Shown here: positions 49,372 through 57,432 of the stretch, piece by piece | Layout: each line of letters opens with the position of its first letter | How positions within the stretch are numbered: position 1 is the stretch's first letter | IMG/VR virus record: IMGVR_UViG_3300045988_120893 | Location: 1,821-65,820 of that record | Reading direction: 5' to 3' (one strand) | DNA length: 64,000 bases | Origin: a virus | The notes under the pieces: model-generated | Database searches by the model: none | The model's input: only the letters and a program-made list of their open reading frames with translations | What the model was told of the DNA's origin: nothing | Made by a program: the position numbers and the translations under genes

Positions 49372-51927
49372 TTAATGATTCCAATATGATTTTTTCTTAT
49401 TTCCTACTTCCGTTGGTGGAGCGGAATGTGTATTCATTTTTTCAAGCTCGTCATATCCGTTTGCACTGGCATCTGCCATATCTTTAAACTTCCTGTCTGG
49501 AAACCCGTCCATTTGAGCTAAATATGCTTGCGTCCACGGTGCATTAAGAACATCTACATTTCCTTTTTCTGAACCCTTTATTCCAATCCATTGAGCGGAC
49601 AAAGGCTCTGCTCTTGTCTCTTTGCTGCCGCTCTCCCTTACCATACTTACACTAAATCCAGATAGCATTTTTATATATTGTTCACTTTGGTCTTTACCAC
49701 TTTGCCCAGGATCTTGCGACATTCTTATTTTAATTTTTCTCCCAAATGAAGCTTTGTCTGCTTTTGCAGTATTAAGGACAGTCTGGCGCACATCACTTGA
49801 GTTCATTCTGCGATTAATTACATCACCAATAACAATTCTTCCGTTCTTGCGTTTACCGATAAGAACACCAGCTGTATAGGCTGGACCATCCTCAGGATTA
49901 TTGTTCTTTTTGTCCTCAGTACCGGCCAAATCCCATGCACGTACCCATCGAATAACATCATCTGGCAATTCATCAATGATTGTAGCCTTATTTCTAGGGA
50001 AGTACATACCGGCAGCAGGCCTAATCTTCCAGTTCCCGCCTAAAAGCCGTTCCTGCTCTACAAGAGGAAGTGATTTCAAGTTGGCAAGGTAAGACGGGTC
50101 ATTCCTCATGAGTATAGCGTTGTCGGAGAGCATGGACAGTATGAATGTGGCACTCTTCGGCGTGATAAGGTCAACATATTCTGTTCCGTTCCATCTGTAA
50201 AACTGTTTTGTTTCTGTGCATACATACAGAACACCGCTTTCACCATGTTCATGTATATACAGATTTCCTGTCTCACTGTCCTTTATGAAAAGTTCGTCCG
50301 GGTGCCTGTGCTTCTTATTTACTTCTCTTATCTCGCCATCAAACTGACGCTTCAAGAGCTCCATCCGGTTATCTCCCCAGATTACTTCTCCATTTATGCG
50401 GATAAACCATCGTATCTTCCCAGACCGCTCCGGTATCGCATAACCCGTGTCCTGGTTAATCCACCATGAGATAAATTCTGCAACCCAGCTGTCAGGGTCA
50501 GGGTTGGTTGTGGCTCTGATATATCCGGGTACACCGGAATCAGAACGGTTTCGGGAGAACATATACCAGAAAACATCCTCATTGAAATGTGTCAGCTCGT
50601 CAAAACAATTTTTATTGACTAACCCACTTTCAGTGATATAATGATTAGTGGTAGAAACTGTTAAATCAATAACCCATCTTTTACCTAAAGGAGTGATTTT
50701 ACATGAATGATATTCAATATCAACCCCTTCCGCAATCTGTTCTTCTCCCGTATACGGGTGGACATACCGTAATTTATGGTGGATATGTTTATGAACTTTG
50801 CCCTGACCATCCAAAAGCGAATCCTTTCGGTTTTGTACCACAACACCGTCTAGTATTAGAACGTCACCTTGGACGTTATCTCCTTTCAAGTGAACAGGTA
50901 CATCACATTGATATGGACCCCCTGAACAATGACCTCTCAAACCTTCAAATTCTTTCACGTTCTGAACATCTTGCGATACATCGTAAATTTGAACGTGAGC
51001 AGCGTTATCCTCCTTTAACTCATGATATTGTTTCTGATGCTCTTGCAGATGGTGGTCTAAAAGCCGCTGCAAAGGCTCTCGGTTGTTCGACTGAAACGAT
51101 TCGCAATAACTTCCCTTATCTTGTTGCGCCTTACAAAAGGAAATCTCCTGCAAACCTTGATCTTGATAGTTGGGTTGACAAAATAAAACCTCTTGCTGCT
51201 GATAAAAATATTGGTTATCGTGAGGCTGTTGCTGTTCTTGGCATATCTGCAAGGAGCATTCAACGTGTTTGTGAACGTCATAACATTGAGTGGGTGAAGA
51301 AATCAAAGGTTGGTGAGATTCATACAAAGTACACATATCGGAATAGGAAACCCAGCCACAAGAAGTAAGGATTTTATGCGTTGTTGAATGAATCTGCTTT
51401 TCTCCATATTCATTTTCAATTTCAACACAATCTTCTAATCTTCTATTACCTATTGCTGTAACAGGCATAGGTCCTTGTAAAGTTTCTACCATATCCCCTA
51501 TCTGTATATCTGATAGGGGTTTTTTAGTGCCATCTGCCATCCGTATTAAAGTAGATTCTTCACAACATATTAGTGGAATCTGTGAGCCTTGCCAGCCCAA
51601 ACAATCCTCGTACCGCTCCAAGTGTCCGAAAGATACCTTTGCACCGCTCGGAAAAACAAATTGAGGGTTCGGGGTCTTTTTCGGTGTGGCTTGAAACTGT
51701 GGAAGAAAACCCATGGCAGAATCCCAAAGTCCACCGTTGGTAAATATCTGCGTGTTATTCCTACGGAAGATAACAGAATTGAATCGGGGGTTTCCGCTAT
51801 GCCGTAACTGTTCCATGAGCAGAGCATAAGTTTTCCCTCCACCGGCGGCTCCACCGAATATTACAATATCTGCGATTGACGATAAGAATTGTTCTTGTCT
51901 CGGCTGTGGCTTGATTACAGTTGACAT
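49372..51927 (-). CDS. terL: Terminase large subunit interrupted by an intein
   Basis: 851 aa. Walker A GGAAGGGKT (aa 25-33). IPLIC|C...intein...KN|CFDELTHF (Walker B-like). C-terminal nuclease half (RAWDLAGTE, SQDPGQSGK). Confidence 0.85.
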   Translation of the reverse strand: MSTVIKPQPRQEQFLSSIADIVIFGGAAGGGKTYALLMEQLRHSGNPRFNSVIFRRNNTQIFTNGGLWDSAMGFLPQFQATPKKTPNPQFVFPSGAKVSFGHLERYEDCLGWQGSQIPLICCEESTLIRMADGTKKPLSDIQIGDMVETLQGPMPVTAIGNRRLEDCVEIENEYGEKQIHSTTHKILTSCGWVSYSDMCTLYESHQPLISSPTQCYDVHKHVECSLQICQEQQQPHDNQYFYQQQEVLFCQPNYQDQGLQEISFCKAQQDKGSYCESFQSNNREPLQRLLDHHLQEHQKQYHELKEDNAAHVQIYDVSQDVQNVKEFEGLRGHCSGGPYQCDVPVHLKGDNVQGDVLILDGVVVQNRKDSLLDGQGKVHKHIHHKLRYVHPYTGEEQIAEGVDIEYHSCKITPLGKRWVIDLTVSTTNHYITESGLVNKNCFDELTHFNEDVFWYMFSRNRSDSGVPGYIRATTNPDPDSWVAEFISWWINQDTGYAIPERSGKIRWFIRINGEVIWGDNRMELLKRQFDGEIREVNKKHRHPDELFIKDSETGNLYIHEHGESGVLYVCTETKQFYRWNGTEYVDLITPKSATFILSMLSDNAILMRNDPSYLANLKSLPLVEQERLLGGNWKIRPAAGMYFPRNKATIIDELPDDVIRWVRAWDLAGTEDKKNNNPEDGPAYTAGVLIGKRKNGRIVIGDVINRRMNSSDVRQTVLNTAKADKASFGRKIKIRMSQDPGQSGKDQSEQYIKMLSGFSVSMVRESGSKETRAEPLSAQWIGIKGSEKGNVDVLNAPWTQAYLAQMDGFPDRKFKDMADASANGYDELEKMNTHSAPPTEVGNKKKSYWNH
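50615..50642 (+). promoter_or_regulatory. Near-consensus promoter for the antisense HNH gene
   Basis: TTGACT (50615-50620), 16 nt, TGaTATAAT (50634-50642). AAAGGAG lies 9 nt before ATG 50703. Embedded antisense in the intein block F/G codons. Confidence 0.6.
50703..51368 (+). CDS. HNH homing endonuclease encoded antisense inside the terL intein
   Basis: 221 aa. GGYVYELCPDHPKANPFGFVPQHRLVLERHLGRYLLSSEQVHHIDMDPLNNDLSNLQILSRSEHLAIH (HNH_3-like). Two HTH-like modules (LKAAAKALGCSTETIRNNF; YREAVAVLGISARSIQRVCERH). Confidence 0.8.
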   Translation: MNDIQYQPLPQSVLLPYTGGHTVIYGGYVYELCPDHPKANPFGFVPQHRLVLERHLGRYLLSSEQVHHIDMDPLNNDLSNLQILSRSEHLAIHRKFEREQRYPPLTHDIVSDALADGGLKAAAKALGCSTETIRNNFPYLVAPYKRKSPANLDLDSWVDKIKPLAADKNIGYREAVAVLGISARSIQRVCERHNIEWVKKSKVGEIHTKYTYRNRKPSHKK

Positions 51928-51964
51928 GGCATCACCCCCTTTTACATCCTGTTTTTATCATGGT

Positions 51965-52498
51965 CTAAACTTCCAAATCGTCAAAATCATCTTCATCCTG
52001 CCTGTGGTTCTCCGGAAGATAAATCTGGACAGCGTTCATTGCCTGTCCGCCATCCCGGTTCTCAATAACCTCTCCGACATCTCCACGGCTGATACGTTCC
52101 AGCTTGCTTGCAACATCAACCATCTTCGAAACGTCAGATGCCTTGATATCTTCCACCGGAATCTTATTCAATGCCTGTGCAGCCTTCACTATCATTGCGG
52201 ATGCCACTGTTGCATGGTTCTTCCGCATTTTTTTTATGTCTTTGATCTGCTGCAATCTGTTCAGCCTGTCCACCTCTGCATCCCAGGCTGTCACACGTTC
52301 TACCCAGTGGTTCTTTTTGCTCCAGATTCCAAGATTAGGCTTTGTCTTACCAAGAGCATCCGCTACCTTCTGGATGGATCTCTCTGCACCCATATCCCTG
52401 TATAAAGCAAATGCTTCCCATTGCTTAGGTGTTTCCCCCGGCTGCCGCTCCCATGGTTTCAAATCTTCTGGTGCTTCCTGTGTTTTTTTTCTTGCCAT
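51965..52498 (-). CDS. terS: Terminase small subunit
   Basis: 177 aa. HTH-like RSIQKVADALGKTKPNLGIWSKKNHW. Immediately upstream of terL. Confidence 0.7.
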   Translation of the reverse strand: MARKKTQEAPEDLKPWERQPGETPKQWEAFALYRDMGAERSIQKVADALGKTKPNLGIWSKKNHWVERVTAWDAEVDRLNRLQQIKDIKKMRKNHATVASAMIVKAAQALNKIPVEDIKASDVSKMVDVASKLERISRGDVGEVIENRDGGQAMNAVQIYLPENHRQDEDDFDDLEV

Positions 52499-52502
52499 GC
52501 TA

Positions 52503-53132
52503 TCACTCCTTTCCTATCCTGATAAGTTCGTTTCTTTTTAATCGTGTGACGGTAAATGATGGTTCCCATGTGGCAAACCGTTCATCCTGTGGTATTCTGT
52601 CCGCTTCTCCACGGTCTATAAGGTCCACTGAATCACAAAGCATCTGTACCCCCATCGGGAATATCTCTTTCCATAAATCGCTATAACTCCATGACCGATC
52701 TATGAATACCGGTTTCTGCATGAGAATGTCTCCACCATCAACTTTGTTATTAAGCCAGTATACGGATGCCCCGGTGATAGCGTCACCCATTGCAACCGCC
52801 CACCTTACTGCATCCTGCCCCCGGTGTCGGGGAAGCAAGGAAGGATGGAAACCTATCCCACCATACCTTGCCTTTTCAATTACTTTTTCGGATATAAACC
52901 AGTGAGAATGTGCGGCAACGATTAAGTCTGTGTTATCCGGTATATCATTTGACGTTAGCTTATCCATATCGGATATAACCGGGATACCTAATTTCATTGC
53001 TGGACCTATGACTTTATCAAAATATTTTTCTTGTGGAGGTGGGGCAACACCTACGATGGTATGCCCACGATCATATAATTCTTTCAAAACGACTTTCCCA
53101 AAACTACGCTGGCCGCATAGGAATATATTCAA
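52503..53132 (-). CDS. Formyltransferase-family enzyme (Fmt/PurN/ArnA N-domain-like)
   Basis: 209 aa. LIVAAHSHWFIS, GGIGFHPSLLPRHRGQDAVRWAV, VDGGDILMQ correspond to the N/H/D catalytic regions of Formyl_trans_N. Confidence 0.7.
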   Translation of the reverse strand: MNIFLCGQRSFGKVVLKELYDRGHTIVGVAPPPQEKYFDKVIGPAMKLGIPVISDMDKLTSNDIPDNTDLIVAAHSHWFISEKVIEKARYGGIGFHPSLLPRHRGQDAVRWAVAMGDAITGASVYWLNNKVDGGDILMQKPVFIDRSWSYSDLWKEIFPMGVQMLCDSVDLIDRGEADRIPQDERFATWEPSFTVTRLKRNELIRIGKE

Positions 53133-54286
53133 CTAATATCACCATACTTTCCGATATATTTGAATCCTTGTACAGCTCGGAAGTGACCTCCATAACCAAC
53201 ACCATTCATCTTTGAGCCTTTTTTACGGCGGCTTTTCTGAATGCTCATTGCACTTTTCTTTTTGTTGTCACCATAAAGCATTGCACTTGTTTGTATCCAA
53301 TTCTTGCTACGTCTTAAAGCCATGCATAGCTGCGGATGTGAAGTATGGAAGAATGTCGCATATTTCCGGTTGCAACGTCCATTTCCGTCCATGTGATAGC
53401 TGCATACCCATTCAAGGAAACGGAATCCTACACCTGCACCCTGCCACTCAGGCATGGTTACAAGCCTTGTGGCACGATACGCATTAGCTGTGAACATAGG
53501 TGCAACGGCAACATGGCAAGCAAGCTCACCATCAACAGTACCTACAAAATATTCTGCTGCTGGCGGCATAGGTAAATCTAAATAGTAATGCGGTTTAAAA
53601 AACTTCCAGTAACTTGAGTCCGTCTTGAAAATTTCAAGCCGTATTTTCGGTCTTTGCCTGGGATTCCCCCTTTCAAAACGCTTTGAAGCGGTGTCAAATA
53701 CCCAATCCGGCTGTACCCAATCTAATATGTCATAGTGAGGTGTCAGCAATACCACTTTTCCATTTGGATTCGTTCTTCTCCATGCCTTTTGAAATGCCTG
53801 CGAACCGATTTTCGCAATCTGGCGGTCTACAACGGAAGTGAACTCGTCAACAACCGCTTTTTCCGGCTTTTCGCAAATCAGCCTTGCAAGTCCCGCCCGG
53901 AACTGCTCACCATTAGAAAGTACTCTGAACGTCCTTAGCCATGCTGGAACATCACCAAGACCTACATTAGCCAATGCCCCCGTTACCTCGTTAAAATCAC
54001 CATCAGGAGCGATTTCGTCAATGATTGGTTTGTTTGGATGCCATCCCTTTGTGTAGTCGTGTATAAGGTTCTCACCATCAAATATTGTTTTCCCTATGGA
54101 AGTCTTTCCGCTCCCAGATGGCCCGACTACAACACCAATCTGCCAATCACCGGATAAGTCCATGGTGGCTTCAAGGTCAAAGTTACATCCGTTTTCGGCA
54201 TTGAAAAGGCTTTTTACCCTTGCCGCCCTGTAACTGTTAAAATCATCAACACGGTTATGTACTTCAATCTTTGTCAGTTTATTCAT
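53129..54286 (-). CDS. ABC-type ATPase fused to a GNAT-like acyltransferase domain
   Basis: 385 aa. Walker A GPSGSGKTS, signature-like LSNGEQFR, Walker B AVVDEFTS. C-terminal half has MPEWQGAGVGFRFLEW (GNAT motif-A-like). Confidence 0.6.
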   Translation of the reverse strand: MNKLTKIEVHNRVDDFNSYRAARVKSLFNAENGCNFDLEATMDLSGDWQIGVVVGPSGSGKTSIGKTIFDGENLIHDYTKGWHPNKPIIDEIAPDGDFNEVTGALANVGLGDVPAWLRTFRVLSNGEQFRAGLARLICEKPEKAVVDEFTSVVDRQIAKIGSQAFQKAWRRTNPNGKVVLLTPHYDILDWVQPDWVFDTASKRFERGNPRQRPKIRLEIFKTDSSYWKFFKPHYYLDLPMPPAAEYFVGTVDGELACHVAVAPMFTANAYRATRLVTMPEWQGAGVGFRFLEWVCSYHMDGNGRCNRKYATFFHTSHPQLCMALRRSKNWIQTSAMLYGDNKKKSAMSIQKSRRKKGSKMNGVGYGGHFRAVQGFKYIGKYGDIS

Positions 54287-55032
54287 GTAGTCACAACCTT
54301 ACATTCGTAACCATCTGAATAGAGACGTTCATATACTTCTTTCTGTTCCGCTTCGTCCTTGCATATTACAATAACTCCATACTGCTCTTTATAGTTGAAA
54401 TTTGTTGTGGTTGTTATCTGAGGATCGTCTGTAGATGGAAATGTAGACGGTTCTGTGGTTATTTCTGTGGGTTGTTCTGTTTGTGTTTCTGTGGTATCTT
54501 CTGTGCCTGTGCTTTCCGGCTCTGTGTGTTTCTTCCCATGGTCAGTATCGCTTGAAAAACTTTCAATGACCCTGAGTGCTTCATCATCATTGATTAAATC
54601 GTCTATCTCATGGTACTCATATCCTGTCAGCATAACGTCAATGTCTGTGTTGTTGATGTCATTCAGGATATCAATGAGCAAATCTTCATCAATACTGCTC
54701 AGTTCTGAAATGCGGTTATCAGCTACCAGATCCGCCCATTCTTCCGCTTCGTTTGCATAATCCTGATAATCTACAGGCACATGAGTTTCTTTCAGAAGTA
54801 TTGCGGCTTGCAACCGCCCATGTCCGGACACGACAAAACCGCTCCTCTTACTTACGGTAATCGGTTTTCTCCATCCCTGAGCCTTAATGACCTGTGCCAG
54901 TATCTCAATCTGACGTTCCGGATGCATATTCGGGTTACGTGGGTTTGGTATTACTTTCATAATTTCTACGATTTCGTCATGTGAGCAGTAGACCGGAATA
55001 TCTCCAATCATTGCTTTGCATTGAATACTCAA
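54283..55032 (-). CDS. ParB N-terminal-domain (ParB-like nuclease) protein without methylase domain
   Basis: 249 aa. NPRNPNMHPERQIEILAQVIKAQGWRKPITVSKRSGFVVSGHGRLQAA. T/E/P linker. C-terminal YGVIVICKDEAEQKEVYERLYSDGYECKVV module. Confidence 0.7.
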   Translation of the reverse strand: MSIQCKAMIGDIPVYCSHDEIVEIMKVIPNPRNPNMHPERQIEILAQVIKAQGWRKPITVSKRSGFVVSGHGRLQAAILLKETHVPVDYQDYANEAEEWADLVADNRISELSSIDEDLLIDILNDINNTDIDVMLTGYEYHEIDDLINDDEALRVIESFSSDTDHGKKHTEPESTGTEDTTETQTEQPTEITTEPSTFPSTDDPQITTTTNFNYKEQYGVIVICKDEAEQKEVYERLYSDGYECKVVTT

Positions 55033-55044
55033 TATTCATCCGTC

Positions 55045-55263
55045 CTATTCTTCACTAGTACCATCACTAGGTTGTTGTTCTACGATTCCATATATCCTGA
55101 TTTCATCTTTTCCGGATTCCGTTTTTTCTGCAGGGACAAGCTCTATCTTTCCTACATTCTGAACGCTTTCTGACAGCTGTATTTTTTCTATAAGCTGGTA
55201 TCCTGTATAACCAGTAGCCTTATTCGTGTAATTCCTTGCCGCTGCAAGTGTAAGAAGGTCCAT
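55045..55263 (-). CDS. Small hypothetical protein
   Basis: 72-aa ORF between the two ParB-like genes. Confidence 0.4.
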   Translation of the reverse strand: MDLLTLAAARNYTNKATGYTGYQLIEKIQLSESVQNVGKIELVPAEKTESGKDEIRIYGIVEQQPSDGTSEE

Positions 55264-55277
55264 GGTTCCTCACATCC

Positions 55278-55484
55278 TTACTGTTCATACCAGATTTCGT
55301 CATCCTCGCTGTAACAGAAGATTTTCCTTGTGTCCATCTCATAAAACTCAGATGCGTTTCCTATTTTTCTTCCATCAAATTCACGTATAGGCTTTTCATC
55401 CGTGCTCTTTCCGTAAAGTTCAAGGCATTTCCTGTTCACGTATCTTCCGTATCTTCTCAATGTCACCATGGCATCAAGGGTCAC
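55278..55484 (-). CDS. Small hypothetical protein
   Basis: 68-aa ORF between the two ParB-like genes. Confidence 0.4.
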   Translation of the reverse strand: MTLDAMVTLRRYGRYVNRKCLELYGKSTDEKPIREFDGRKIGNASEFYEMDTRKIFCYSEDDEIWYEQ

Positions 55485-55488
55485 ATCC

Positions 55489-56265
55489 TTATTTTTTTAT
55501 GGGTCTCGGCTTTCTTAGTTTGAATATATCGCTTTCCATGTCATTTTCCCTCGCCCATGCAGTAATCAGTTCCATGTATCCGTATTCTTTTTGTTCCCTT
55601 ACACACGTACATCCCATATTCCCAGTCTCATAGACATAATGGCTTATGATGCTGTCACAAATAGGGTCTTCTTCACCAACAATAAATCTATGCTCTCCAA
55701 GGTTCCAGATATCTCCGGCTTTAGAAAACATGGATGGTACTTTTATTTCTTCCGGAGTTTCCTCTTCTTCCTCTCCTTCAAGATCAGAAAGTATATTGTC
55801 TATATCTTCTGAATCATATCCGGTAAGTGCAAGCATATCTTCATTCTCGAATGAATCTATCATCTCTGATAGAATCTGATTATCAATTTCAGAAAGTTCC
55901 GCAAGCCGGTTGTCAGCAATAAGGTCAGCGTATTCTTCGTCCTGGCTGGAATATTCCTGATAGTCCACCGGAACATTCGACCATCCGGCAAGTTTGGCCG
56001 CCTGCAATCTTCCATGTCCTTTGACGATACATCCGCTCCTGTTCGAAACAGTGATAGGCTGTCTCCATCCTGTTTTCTCTATGATGCTTTTGAGAAGTTC
56101 GATCTGTTCTTGTGGGTGTTGGTTTGGGTTGAGTGGGTTCGGTTTGAGGTTCTTTGTAGGCACGATGTCGTCGTGCGAACAGAAGATAGGGATACCATCA
56201 TTTGATACTGCTTTTGGCTCTGCTGAGGTTCTGTAATCAATATCTTCTATTTTTTTACCATCCAT
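55489..56265 (-). CDS. ParB N-terminal-domain protein with a degenerate methylase start
   Basis: 258 aa. NPLNPNQHPQEQIELLKSIIEKTGWRQPITVSNRSGCIVKGHGRLQAA. Then GDIWNLGEHRFIVGE resembles the start of ParB-fused N6/N4 methylases, but no DPPY-type motif follows. Confidence 0.65.
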   Translation of the reverse strand: MDGKKIEDIDYRTSAEPKAVSNDGIPIFCSHDDIVPTKNLKPNPLNPNQHPQEQIELLKSIIEKTGWRQPITVSNRSGCIVKGHGRLQAAKLAGWSNVPVDYQEYSSQDEEYADLIADNRLAELSEIDNQILSEMIDSFENEDMLALTGYDSEDIDNILSDLEGEEEEETPEEIKVPSMFSKAGDIWNLGEHRFIVGEEDPICDSIISHYVYETGNMGCTCVREQKEYGYMELITAWARENDMESDIFKLRKPRPIKK

Positions 56266-56296
56266 AATTCCTCCAATCTAATCAAATTAAAAGTTA

Positions 56297-56317
56297 CATA
56301 AAACGCATAAAACGCAT
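56297..56317. repeat. 9-bp tandem repeat in the promoter region of the ParB/packaging operon
   Basis: CATAAAACG CATAAAACG CAT (minus strand ATGCGTTTTATGCGTTTTATG), downstream of TGtTATAAT in the 56266-56430 intergenic region. Confidence 0.5.
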
Positions 56318-56430
56318 TTTTTCAAGTAAATTATAACATTATTTCAGAATAATTCTACTATTAGTATTGAATTTTGCAAAAAAAGAGACGTACTTAACAA
56401 AATGTCAGCACACCCCTTTCTTATTCATAA

Positions 56431-56826
56431 CTAGTCCTCACTTTCTTTGTATGGTTCTGGTAGCGCTTTCCATGCGACAACTTCATCATAATCCTCATAA
56501 TCTTCAAAATAGTTACCATCGTCTTTATAAAATGTTGTTTTATCAACATTTCCATACTTTGAAGTAATCAATACTTCTTGTCCATCATCAGGCAAAGGAC
56601 ATTCATATATAAAAAAATATTCTGAATAGTATTCTTCCTCTTCTTCTGTCATTGGCCTTGTTTTCACAGGAATCCAACCACTGCTCCCGACATTTGTGTC
56701 TGGAGCAAATTCTTCTGCTACTTCCTGAACGATTTTCTTTATATCATAAAGTTCAATTACCACTTCATCACTTATGCCAAATTCTTTTTCCAACCTCTCT
56801 AAAATCTTCTCAAATGCTTTGTTCAT
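56431..56826 (-). CDS. DUF551-like protein
   Basis: 131 aa. GWIPVKTRPMTEEE...VVAWKALPEPYKE matches the WI.v..rlP...aWmPLPepY pattern. Confidence 0.5.
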   Translation of the reverse strand: MNKAFEKILERLEKEFGISDEVVIELYDIKKIVQEVAEEFAPDTNVGSSGWIPVKTRPMTEEEEEYYSEYFFIYECPLPDDGQEVLITSKYGNVDKTTFYKDDGNYFEDYEDYDEVVAWKALPEPYKESED

Positions 56827-57098
56827 TCTGATTCTCCTATCATCTCAAATCTCATTTGCTGTTTCACATCAGGATATTTTTCACGATCTACCTCTGATAG
56901 AAACATACTTAATGGCCTGCACCATACTAAATTAGGTTTATAGAAACTCTTGTAAATCACCATCGGTTCTTCTGTTTCGCTGTGTACTGCAATACCAGTA
57001 ACGACATATATTCCACCTTTAAAATGTCTATACCGAAAACCGACAATTTCATCTTTAATGTAATCAACTTGATCTTGCACTTTCATTCGTTTGTTCAT
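56823..57098 (-). CDS. DUF1653-like protein
   Basis: 91 aa. YRHFKGGIYVVTGIAVHSETEEPMVIYKSFY...WCRPLSMFLSEV. Confidence 0.6.
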   Translation of the reverse strand: MNKRMKVQDQVDYIKDEIVGFRYRHFKGGIYVVTGIAVHSETEEPMVIYKSFYKPNLVWCRPLSMFLSEVDREKYPDVKQQMRFEMIGESE

Positions 57099-57114
57099 TA
57101 TTCTTCACTCTCCT

Positions 57115-57432
57115 TTACATCTCATTTGTTCGTCTCTCGTAACTTGCATAGTCATCTAAACTACGGAAATTCATTCTCATATGACTATTTTCCCAATGTG
57201 GATGTTTCCAAAATTTCTTCTCGCATGATGCTGAGCAAAATCTTGTACGCATATCTCCACTACCATCCTCTGTTACTACTGTCCTTCCGCATTGTGAACA
57301 ATTAAAAGTTATTGACGGATATAATAATGTGACTTTATGTGTTTTCCTGAATATATCTCCGCACTTTCTGCAACAGTACTTTTGTGTTACTGAAAGTTGA
57401 GTAAATTCTTTACCACAATTTAAACATTGCAT
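57115..57432 (-). CDS. Zinc-ribbon protein, hypothetical
   Basis: 105 aa. CLNCG..CCRKCG..CSQCG..CSASC. Confidence 0.5.
   Translation of the reverse strand: MQCLNCGKEFTQLSVTQKYCCRKCGDIFRKTHKVTLLYPSITFNCSQCGRTVVTEDGSGDMRTRFCSASCEKKFWKHPHWENSHMRMNFRSLDDYASYERRTNEM

Larger units (their letters stand above)
50608..51567 (-). mobile_element. Intein in terL (Hint N- and C-terminal splicing regions around a non-canonical centre)
   Basis: N-terminal C(C)EESTLIRMADG, block B IHSTTHKILTSCGW. C-terminal RWVIDLTVSTTNHYITESGLVNKN followed by +1 Cys (codon 50605-50607). About 320 aa. Confidence 0.75.

Noticed and set aside
50703-51368. Plus-strand ORF inside terL as a meaningless antisense shadow
   Set aside because: I considered this and rejected it. 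The ORF has a complete HNH motif set, HTH modules, a near-consensus promoter and a well-spaced RBS. The overlapping sense-frame translation, by contrast, is featureless.
51570-51854. Track ORFs overlapping terL, terS and the ParB region in other frames (for example 51570-51854, 51589-51807, 51911-52405, 52104-52541)
   Set aside because: They lie inside well-supported genes, their composition is biased, and they have no start signals. Unlike 7355-7789 and 50703-51368, they show no recognisable protein features.
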